A stretch of 18,983 nt of DNA from positions 1-18,983 of the forward strand of contig NW_021824360.1 in assembly GCF_006345805.1 (NCBI RefSeq), read 5' to 3'. Positions within the stretch are counted from its first letter, which is position 1; each line of letters starts with the position of its first letter. This DNA is from Octopus sinensis (Eukaryota). The notes under the pieces were generated by a model that was not told where the DNA came from, made no database searches, and worked only from the letters and a program-made list of their open reading frames with translations. Both the position numbers and the translations under genes were made by a program. Below are positions 1 through 9,222 of this stretch, piece after piece.

Positions 1-439
1 TGAGCGAGAAAGATAAAAGGGAATATGAAGTAGTGGTGAGAGTGTATAGATTAGAAAGAATGTGAGACAATAGAAGGGAGTTATTGGGGTAGATGGTAGG
101 AAAGTGGCTGATATCTCCGGGAAGAGGGTGACCGGGTGGCGAGGAATAAAAGATAATAGATCGTAAGGAAATAAAAGAAATGATGTTTAGGTAAACGGGT
201 GGGGGAAAGGGGGGAATTGTCTCGAAGACAAAAGAAGAAAGAAACCAACATACGGCTCGTAGCTAGGATTGGAGGTCAATTGACGGGTGGATACAAGGGT
301 GGGCAGGTAGGTAGGTTTATTTTTATTATAACTATTTTTCTTGAGCCAAAAGGCCGGATACCCGGTTTCCATAGCAAATAAGTGACCGAGATCTCAGTAT
401 TCCCCTGAAAGGAACACCCGATCCGTTGCCATGTACAAG

Positions 440-560
440 GCTATCAATTTTGAGGGGAGAGATGAGCCGATTACTTCGACCCTAGAACTTGACTGGTACT
501 TTTATTTTAACGACCCCGAAGGGATGAAAGTCAAAGTTGACCTTCGTTGGATTTGAACTG
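440..560 (-). mobile_element. Degenerate, 5'-truncated family-1 SINE (core plus tail B)
   Basis: Plus strand reads gtacaaggctatcaattttg ... ttcgaccctag ... actggtactt ... gaccccgaagggatgaaag ... gaccttcgttggatttgaac, colinear with the well-preserved copies at 6501-6714 and 10305-10701. Confidence 0.8.

Positions 561-630
<70 letters not shown>
561..630. repeat. (TA)n microsatellite holding the left end of the mariner
   Basis: Read directly from the sequence; TA is the mariner target dinucleotide. Confidence 0.95.
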
Positions 631-859
631 TCACGCATAAGAATGAAATGACCGATTTTCTATGCACCAAAGAATGCATTGCTTCCACGGACGGAACTCA
701 TATTCATATACAACAAGAATTTCTGATCTATCCATGGGTTCACAAAAATTGATTTATGACAGAAAGTTCACAATATAAGCAGACACCACGAACTGCATTT
801 CAAAAAGTGATGATGTAACTCTTCAATGCTATAAAACAAAGAATTGTCAGGATGAAGCA

Positions 860-2115
860 TTAGAGCATCAAATGACACGTCGTCTTGAAACTTGTTGTTC
901 TTTGCTGTCACGGCATAAAAGTGAACCATTTTTGCATCGTATTGTTACGTGTGAAGAAAAATGGATTCTTTTCAACAATAACAAGCGTTCTACATGGTGA
1001 TTGGATAGATACGAAGTACCAAAACACATTCCAAAAAGGAAAATTCACTGAGAAAAGCTAATGGTCTCTGTTTGATGGTCCAGCGCTAGTGTCATTCACT
1101 ACAGCTTCATGAGACCTGGTAAGTCAATTACAGTGGATGTATACATCAACCAATTGGATAAAAGGATAAGTGGAATTGTAATTAAACAACTGAGATTGGT
1201 CAATACACACAGGTCAATTCTCTTGCAAGACAATGTTCGACCACATGCTGCACAAAGTTACAAGGACTAGCTACTCAAGTTACAGGGACTAGACTTGGAA
1301 GAACTCTATCATCCACTATATTCACCAGACCTTGCAGCAACTGACATATTTTCCAGGCATTAGACAACTTTTTGCAAGGTAAAAACTTCAAATCTGAAGA
1401 CGATGCAAAAACAGCCTTTCATAATTTCATCACCTCTTATTTCATTATTGCCCACAAGAGGTTAAACATAGACGGGACAAACAAGGACAAACAAAAGGTT
1501 TAAGTCGATTACATCGACCCCAGTGCATAACTGGTACTTAATTTATCGACCCCGAAAGGATGAAAGGCATAGTCGACCTCGGCGGAATTTGAACTCAGAA
1601 TGTAACGGCAGACGAAATACCTATTTCTTTATTGCCCACAAGGGGCTAAACATAGACGGGACAAACAAGGACAGACAAAACGTTTAAGTCGATTACATCG
1701 ACCCCATTGCGTAACTGGTACTTAATTTATCGACCCCAAAAGGATGAAAGGCAAAGTCGACCTCGGCGGAATTTGAAATCAGAACGTAACGGCAGACGAA
1801 ATACCTATTTCTTTATTGACCACAAGGGGCTAAACATAGAAGGGACAAACAAGGACAGACAAAACGTTTAAGTCGATTACATCGACCCCATTGCGTAACT
1901 GGTACTTAATTTATCGACCCCAAAAGGATGGAAGGTAAAGCCGACCTCAGTGGAATTTGAACTCAGAACAACATAGCGACGGGCGAAATACCGCTAAGCA
2001 TTTCGTCCGGTATGCTAACGTTTCTGCCAGCTCGCCGTCTTTTCATCACCTCTTGCTCTCCAGAATTCTTCGCCTCCGATAAAATGGCGAAATTGTGTTA
2101 TAATTCAAGTGCATA
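860..2115 (+). pseudogene. Mariner D,D34D-type transposase pseudogene (catalytic domain), split at 1439-2040
   Basis: Manual translation gives ...PFLHRIVTCEEKWILFNN...KLMVSV*WS..VIHYSF...SILLQDNVRPHAAQ...LYHPLYSPDLAATD/FFQALDNFLQGKNFKSEDDAKTAFHNFITS [insert] CSPEFFAS...SAYFD*. It has several stops and a frameshift, the first catalytic D reads E, and the N-terminal HTH region is missing. Confidence 0.92.
1439..2040 (-). mobile_element. Family-1 SINE trimer: one tRNA-like head plus three 184-bp core+tail A units
   Basis: Perfect 14-bp TSD TTTCATCACCTCTT at 1425-1438 and 2041-2054. Unit period is 184 bp (tail ends at ~1437, 1621, 1805). The head, with A-box-like TGGCAGAAACGTTAG, occurs only at the right end. 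B-box-like GAGTTCAAATTCC is in each unit (one substitution in the middle unit). Confidence 0.92.
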
Positions 2116-2206
2116 CTTTGATTAACTGCCTTGCTTTTTGTTGAGATTAATTAAAATAAACTTTCAGTTCAAAATCGGACATTTCATTCTTAATGATCTG
2201 ATATAA

Positions 2207-2411
2207 TTCTTTTGTTAGTCACAAAACCTGAAATTTTGAAGGAGAGGACTAGTTAATTACTTCGGCCCCAGTGATCAACTGGTACTTATTTAATCGACCC
2301 TGAAAAGATGAAAGGCAAAGCTGACCTCGACAGAACTCAGGACATAAAGACGGACGAAATGCTGCTAAGCATTTTCCTGGGCATTTTAACGATTCTGCCA
2401 GCTCGCACCCT
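2207..2411 (-). mobile_element. Family-1 SINE monomer (head-core-tail B)
   Basis: Colinear head (gattctgccagctcgcaccc on plus), core (cgaccctgaaaagatgaaaggcaaag) and tail B (cacaaaacctgaaattttg). Confidence 0.85.
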
Positions 2412-2784
2412 TAGATATATTGTTAGGGAGATATTCAAAGATATAGGTATGATGCGGCACGTAATTTTGTCAACGAACGGTTTAAAAGAAACGAAGACAT
2501 TTAAATGGCTTCTAAACACCTTCCACGCCGTAATTGGGTTTGTTTATATATATATAAATATGCACAAAAGAATAAATCTATAGATTTAAGCCAGTACCAC
2601 ATGATTAAATTAGTTTATAGAACAAGTTTTTTTTTAAGACAATCGTAAACTATTGTCCGGTATATTGAATTAATTTTAATTAATTTAATTACGTAATGAT
2701 GGCTTAAATCTATTGGTTTAATCTGTAGTACATCATAGTATAAAAAATACTGTAAACGCGCCAGTTAATATATATATATAAAAC

Positions 2785-2963
2785 GCGGCGAGCTTAGCGG
2801 TATTTCGTCTGTCTTTATGATCTGAGTTCAAATTCCGCCGAGGCCGACTTTGCCTTTCATCCTTTCGGGGTCGATTAAATAGTACCAGTTGCGTACTGGG
2901 GTCGATCTAATCGACTGGTCCCCCTTCCAAAAATTTCGGGCCTTGTGCCTAGAGTAGAAAAGA
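2785..2963 (+). mobile_element. Family-1 SINE monomer (tail B) with A box deleted
   Basis: Reads GCGGCGAGCT|TAGCGGTATTTCG...GAGTTCAAATTCCGCCGAGGCCGACTTTGCCTTTCATCCTTTCGGGGTCG...GGGCCTTGTGCCTAGAGTAGAAAAG. Confidence 0.9.
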
Positions 2964-3223
2964 ATATACATCGTTGCTATTATGTTAAACTGTCGTATGT
3001 CCAAATTTGGCCAAATGCGTTCTTTTTCTAAATTTATTTTTCCTTGCAATAACCGGTTCTTTTTGGTCAAACTATCGTATCTCCAGTTGCTTCAGATGCC
3101 AAGATATCAAAAGGTGTTAACGGTTTTGCTTTGAAATGGTGAAACTATTTTCTTGTTCTCTGAAAAAGCAATATTTTGGACTTAGGAGAATTTTGCATAA
3201 TAGCAACGATGTATATTAACTCC

Positions 3224-3486
<263 letters not shown>

Positions 3487-4198
3487 TATTACTCAGTACC
3501 GACCACTTGTGCCATTGGAAGGATGAGGATATTCCTGCGTTGTGGGTGATGTGTGTGGGTGTGTTGGGAAAATGCACCGCCTTTACCACAAGTGTCCACT
3601 TCCGTAATGTCACGTCGCCATTTTACCACGACAACCTCCACCACTACTCTAGCATAATACTGACTCCGTACAGATCAATCATCCGATAATTTGTCCGCTG
3701 ATAACTTCAAGCATCGCCATGAACACATCACATCATCAGCCACCCAAACATTAGCACGCCATCACTGCTACCAACTTCGCAAATTACGAAGATAGAATCT
3801 ACGAGTAGCGCGTAGCCTGTGTATATAACCTTGTTGGTAGCTCCTGGGTTAGGTTAACTTAACATATGTGAGGGCCAGAAAAATCCCACCCCGCCCCCCC
3901 AAAAAAGAAAAACCGGAAAAAAATTCTCTTTTGGGACAATACAGAAATTACCAAGGACTGACAGCTTTAAGAGGGATTTTAAGGAGATGTGTGGCTTAAT
4001 GGAAGCTGGTGAGGATAATGTGCTGGTGATACATCAGCACATTATCTTCAGAATTACGATCCAACAAAGAGCCACTATGTGGTTACTCAACCTGCTAGAA
4101 ATAGTGACAAATATCTCTCAACTCACATTCCTACCTGCTTAAAGAGCACATGTTTGATAATGTTGTTCCTGGATATCCCATCTTAAAAATTAATTACC

Positions 4199-4712
4199 GG
4201 TAGGGACACTGTATTTCATTATGCAGCCGTAATATATTACCAAGTATATTACAGGCTTGTAAGTCATTACCGTCTCCTACCTGTGTTAGCAGTGCAATTT
4301 GGTCACTTTTGAAAGTTATCTTTCCAGATTTTACTATTCTAATTAGAGCCAGTACTGAAAGTCATGACGTTTCGAACACGAATAAGTCTATGTAATCAAT
4401 GTGATCAAAGATAGAGAAATAGGTAATGGGTAGGTGTATATGCATATTTCTGGAGTTCTTGCTCTTTCTTCAGTGCCACATCCAAACCATTAACCATCCG
4501 CAAACGCATTGCTTAAACAGCCACCAAATTTACTCATGTAAGACAACTGGATATACCAATTTTACTTATTAAACATATTCCTGGCAACTAGTTCGCACAT
4601 ATTAATAGCTGGTAGGGACACTGTATTTCTTTATGTCACCATGATATACTACCGAGTGTATTAAAGGCTATTAAGTCATTACTGTGTCCCATCTGTGTTA
4701 GCAGTGCGATTT
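4199..4712. repeat. Two diverged direct copies of a ~100-130 bp module (from 4199 and from 4611), each with an internal inverted repeat
   Basis: Ungapped alignment of ~102 bp from GGTAGGGACAC to GCAGTGC(A/G)ATTT has about 17 mismatches by hand count; offset is 412 bp. Confidence 0.85.
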
Positions 4713-5143
4713 ACTAACATTTTAAAAAGTGATCTTAAAAGTTGTGTTACTCTAGTCCAGTAAGCTCACTTGCTATGCTGCGCTGGGGAAGTATTTATAG
4801 AACTGATATTTTGCTTCTGGTTGATCTGAACACGACAGATACAGAGACACCCAGAAAAATTTGCAACATATACATCTATGCATGTGATTTGTCAAATGTG
4901 AGTTTTGGAGTATCGGCGGTGCCTTTCAGTTAGTAAAGAATTAACTTCCTTCCCTGAGCTGCAACATGTATTATGTAGTTACTCTACTTCGTACATTTAG
5001 TACAGTCCAATACATAGAAATAACTATTTAATAAATAAATAAATAAATAAATAACATATGATGGATGATGTAATAAAAATAATGTAACCCAGAACAGACA
5101 AGATAAGAAATAATACATTACATATTTGCTTAATCACTCGCAG

Positions 5144-5216
5144 AGTAGAGTGAAGCAATGGAAGCGTGCTGGGCCCATAACCCAAAGGTCTGAAGATAGA
5201 AACTAAACCTCAGCAA
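5144..5216 (+). pseudogene. Initiator tRNA-Met (CAT) pseudogene
   Basis: The central part GGAAGCGTGCTGGGCCCATAACCCA is the conserved metazoan tRNAi-Met sequence, with anticodon CAT at 5176-5178. The T-loop reads GATAGAAAC instead of the initiator-type GATCGAAAC, and the D arm, T stem and acceptor stem carry disrupting changes. Confidence 0.88.
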
Positions 5217-5414
5217 AGAAATGGATACTATGTTTTATATTTATACATCGCTACTAAGTTGTGTGTAAATATAACAACCGTGTATATTATACCTAGTGGC
5301 AGGTATTAAATTATATTATGCAACAGAGATCACAACAACAAGTAGATACGATAATAAGAAGGTGGTGAATTCGTTGGCTACTCAGAGCATTAAATAGGAT
5401 ATTTTGCTGTATTC

Positions 5415-5490
5415 GTTCCGGTTTACTGAGGTCAAATTTGCTTTTCTTCCTCGCAGAGGTGATAAATCAAGTACCAATCGAGTACTAGAA
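5415..5490 (+). mobile_element. Highly decayed family-1 SINE core fragment
   Basis: actgaggtcaaatttgcttttcttcctcgcagaggtgataaatcaagtaccaatcgagtact resembles the family-1 core. Confidence 0.55.
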
Positions 5491-5719
5491 ATACATTTAT
5501 GGATGGAAAATAGATTAGGAGAGAGAAAATATTTAGTATGAAATTTGGGCGGAGGAGGCTTCATAGAAGTATTGATGTGAAGCAGCTAACTAATTTAAAG
5601 GAATTCCGGAGGAATTATTAAAGGTAATATAGATAGATGATAACAGGAACTGAATACAGGGCTAGTTATTGTGAAACGTGATAATTCTTCTAGCTCACAA
5701 CCTTTAATACTAGTGACAA

Positions 5720-5961
5720 TACTCTTTTTTACTTGTTTCAGTCAATTGACTGCGGCCATGCTGGTGCACCGCTTTTAGTCGAGCAAATCGACCCCCAGGA
5801 CTTATTCTTTGGAAGCCTAGTACTTATTCCATCGGTCTCTTTTGCCGAACCGCTTAGTTACGGGTATGTAAACACGCCAGCATCCGTTGTCAAGCGATGC
5901 TGGAGGGCGACAAACACAGATACACAAACATACACACACCACACACACACATACACATATA

Positions 5962-6012
<51 letters not shown>

Positions 6013-6149
6013 GCGACAAGCTTCTTTCAGTTTCTGTCTACCAAATCCACCCACAAGGCTTTGGTCGGCCTGAGGCTATAGTCGAAGACACTTACCCAAG
6101 GTGCCACGCAGTGGGAATGAACCCTGAACCATGTGGCTGGTAAGTAACC
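5720..6149 (-). mobile_element. CORE-type tRNA SINE with internal (TG/TA)n and a distal module; head truncated
   Basis: Reverse complement is colinear with 11193-11580; it contains the CORE-like GGCACCTTGGGTAAGTGTCTT. Confidence 0.88.
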
Positions 6150-6152
6150 TAG

Positions 6153-6485
6153 TTTTAAATTTTGGTACAAGGCTACCAATTTTGAAAAAAACGGGTAAGC
6201 GGTTTACATCGAACCCAGTGCTCAACAGGTACATATTTTATTGACTCCGAAAGGATGAAAAGCAAAGTCGACCTTAACGTAATTTGAATTCTGAACGTAG
6301 AGATGGACGAATGCCTTTAAGTATTTTCCCCAGCTTGCTAACGAGTCTACCAGCTAACCCAAATTTTGCCACAAGAGCAGCAATTTTGGGAAGGAGATAA
6401 GTTGATTACATCGATTCCAGTGCATAACTGGTACTTATTTTATTGACCTAGAAAGGATGAAAGGTAAAGTCGACCTCGGCGGAAT
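6153..6485 (-). mobile_element. Two adjacent older family-1 SINEs (~6153-6358 full length, ~6361-6485 5'-truncated), tail B type
   Basis: Two successive tail B/core blocks; only the first has a recognisable head (cttgctaacgagtctaccagct on plus). Confidence 0.8.
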
Positions 6486-6500
6486 TATATTAATGGTAAT

Positions 6501-6714
6501 CTTTTCTACTATAGGCACAATGCCCGAAATTTGCGGGGAGGGCTGTAGTGGATTACATCGACCCCAGTGTTTCACTGGTACTTAATTTATCGACCCCGAA
6601 AGGAAAAAAAAAGCAAAGTCGACCTCGGCGGAATTTGAACTCAGAACATAAACACGGACGAAATGCTGCTAAGCATTTTGCCCGGCGTGCTAACGTTTCT
6701 GCCAACTCGCCACC
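6501..6714 (-). mobile_element. Family-1 SINE monomer (head-core-tail B)
   Basis: Well-preserved head, core and tail B; imperfect TSD TTAATGGTAAT (6490-6500) vs TTAATGATGAT (6715-6725). Confidence 0.9.
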
Positions 6715-6716
6715 TT

Positions 6717-6783
6717 AATGATGATGATGATTATGATGATTATGATGATGATGTGATGATGATGATGATGATGATGATGATGA
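6717..6783. repeat. (ATG)n microsatellite
   Basis: Read directly. Confidence 0.95.
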
Positions 6784-6916
6784 CTTAATTGGACGTCAAG
6801 GCCCCGAGATAACGAGGACCATATCAAAGGAGAAATACACTGCACAAAAAAAGTCGCTGTATACATTGATCAAAAGGGCAACAAAAATAAGGACATAACA
6901 AAGGAAATAAAGGATA

Positions 6917-6955
<39 letters not shown>

Positions 6956-7014
6956 ATAGAATCTCCGACAGTGTGGCAGCCCACTTCCGGTATATCGAGG
7001 AAAATCTCACGCAA

Positions 7015-7180
7015 AGGCCGTGAGGTGACAGAATCCATAGAATGTCATCCGTCTGAACATTCTAAGTTCATCCTTTCGAGGTCGCTAAAATAAGTACCAG
7101 TACAGTAGGATGGATATATGGATCCACATATGCCCACCCTCCACTAAAATTGCTGACCTTGTACCTTAATTAGAAACAAT
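7015..7180 (+). mobile_element. Decayed family-1 SINE with internal deletions (B box truncated)
   Basis: Reads aaggccgtgaggtgacagaatcc ... tctaagttca|tcctttcgaggtcgctaaaataagtaccag ... aaaattgctgaccttgtacc. Confidence 0.75.
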
Positions 7181-7597
7181 TTTTTTGGATAAGAAGGGTC
7201 CAAGACTTTCGGAAACAATTCAATACAAGGACGAAATAAAACTAGTTATTGAAGGGTTAACACCTTGCAGAAACCAACGATATTTACATTGTTATTAATA
7301 ATAATAATCATGATGATGATGATGATGATGGTGATGGTGATGATGACGAGGATGATGATGATGATGGTGGTGGTGATGAAAGCAAATCTATTTGATATTG
7401 CAAATAACAAGCAGTAAATCAAAGACCGTGTAAATTCCATCAGAGGATTTTCGTGTCTTGTGGTGTTTTTAGTACAGAGAATGTGGGGCGCCACAGCTGA
7501 TGCGAAACCATTGAGGTGACGCATGACTAAAACAGTAAACACTTGTCTTAAATAAATTATTACGTTGTAGGTTTGTGCGTGTGTGACTGCGTGAGAG

Positions 7598-7599
<2 letters not shown>

Positions 7600-7628
<29 letters not shown>

Positions 7629-7665
7629 CTTATATATATATGTGTGTGTGGGTGTATGTATATAT

Positions 7666-7713
<48 letters not shown>

Positions 7714-7817
7714 CCATTTCCTGAGCGCCTATTAATAATAATACTGTAATTGTTCCATTGTTGTTGTTTTTTTTGTTCCCGTTTGGATTAAAATTATATA
7801 TATATATATATATGTAC

Positions 7818-7859
<42 letters not shown>

Positions 7860-8015
7860 TATATATGTATGTTTATTTTTTATATATATATAATACTATA
7901 TATATATACATACATATATATAAATATACTACATACACACACAGACACACACGCACACACACGCACAAACACACGCACACGCACACACACACATACACGC
8001 ACACATACACACACA

Positions 8016-8048
<33 letters not shown>

Positions 8049-8160
8049 ATATGTATGTATGTATGTGTGTGTGTATGTGTGTATGTATGTATGTATGTAT
8101 ATATGTATGTGTGTATATATGTATGTATGCATGTGTGTATGTATGTATGTATGTATGCAT
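7600..8160. repeat. Compound (CT)n/(TA)n/(CA)n/(TATG)n/(TG)n microsatellite field
   Basis: Read directly; source of the HT-, YI- and CMYV-repeat ORFs. Confidence 0.95.
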
Positions 8161-8829
8161 TATATTTCATTAAAATAAAAGTTATTCGTTACACATGCTC
8201 TCATGTTTCGTTCCGTACCAGCTTGAAAACGGCTTTTCTAAATACAGATACAAATTAATACTAATTGCATTTATAAATTTACTGTGTTTTCCCTTCCACA
8301 TTATTTATAAAAGAAATTTGTGTATTTTTCTCTTTCCACTTCATTTACAGAGAAACAAGTTGGACTAAAACCCTTCAAGATGGTGCCCCAGCATGGCCGC
8401 AGTTTAATGATAAAAAAAAACTATTCGCCCTATTTTACTCCCTTCCTTCCTCACTTCCCTTTTATTTATATGTTTTTACCTTATCTTTTTGTTTTACTTA
8501 TTGCAGTCATTAGACAGCGACCATGCAGGGGCATCACCTTGAAGGGATTAGATTTTTGGGGATCCACGCAACGAAGTAATATTTTAAGGCCCCTTGAAAA
8601 TATGTTGCTTTAGATGTATTCATTGGTCAGTATTGCAAGAAGCGGCTGGGTTTCTTTCTCCAGCATTTTACACAGTTCAACCTACACAAGTTAATGTGTG
8701 TAAAGCAAAATAGGAATTTTGAAAGAAGTATCTATGAAACTTGTTTTTTTTTAAACACGGAATTGCTTTGGGGATTCCCCAGGATAAAATAGCCGTTAAG
8801 CGGACCCGTAGATAAACAATGGTTGAGAA

Positions 8830-8987
8830 CCCCTAGTTTAGTCGAACAAATTGACCCCAGTACTTATTTGTGAGTCTGGTACTTATTCTAAGGGTCTTTT
8901 TTGCGTACCTGCTCAGTTAAACAAATCAAAACCTGTTGTCAAGAGATGGCAGGGACAAACTCAAAGAAACACACACACACGCACGCA

Positions 8988-9034
<47 letters not shown>

Positions 9035-9221
9035 GCGCGGGTTCATTTGTCGTCTCCCAAATAAATTTATAAGGCTTTGGTTAGCTCGGGGTTATAGTAC
9101 AAGACAATCGCATAAGGTGCTGCGCAGTGGGACCGAACCCAGGATGACATGGTTGGAAAGCTTGCGCCTATTGCCAGACATTTCGCACGGCGCGCTAACG
9201 TTTCTGCCAGCTCGCCGCCTT
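8830..9221 (-). mobile_element. Chimeric SINE: family-1 head joined to a CORE-type SINE body
   Basis: Minus strand starts AAGGCGGCGAGCTGGCAGAAACGTTAGCGCGCCGTGCGAAATG (family-1 head). It then switches near 9165-9175 to AAGCTTTCCAACCATGTCATCCTGGGTTCGGTCCCACTGCGCAGCACCTT (CORE-type), followed by (TG)n and the distal module. Confidence 0.75.
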
Positions 9222-9222
9222 C

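Larger units (their letters stand above)
628..2203 (+). mobile_element. Inactive, internally deleted mariner DNA transposon (cecropia/Hsmar1-like), interrupted by a SINE trimer
   Basis: TIR core TAAGAATGAAATGACCGATTTT (638-659) matches the reverse complement of 2171-2192 at 21/22. The right end is ...CTGATA followed by TA (2204-2205). Transposase remnants lie between. The exact left boundary is uncertain inside the TA run. Confidence 0.92.

Noticed and set aside
1439-2040. Regularly spaced repeats resembling a CRISPR array
   Set aside because: The units repeat along their whole 184 bp with no unique spacers, there are no cas genes, and the context is a eukaryotic SINE.
3490-3860. Non-repetitive, moderately GC-rich stretch as a possible exon
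   Set aside because: No recognisable protein motif or convincing splice-site pair in any frame.
6836-6872. 14-bp exact match TACACTGCACAAAA with 18439-18452
   Set aside because: A match this long is roughly expected by chance in 19 kb of AT-rich DNA, and the extension is weak.
7865-8258. Cluster of overlapping HT-, YI- and CMYV-rich ORFs (similar ones at 5733-6143, 8851-9260, 9739-10095, 12576-12968)
   Set aside because: Artefacts of dinucleotide/tetranucleotide repeats and SINEs.
8800-8836. GGTTGAGAACCCCT, resembling a hAT/MITE terminal inverted repeat
   Set aside because: No partner TIR or TSD could be found in the window.
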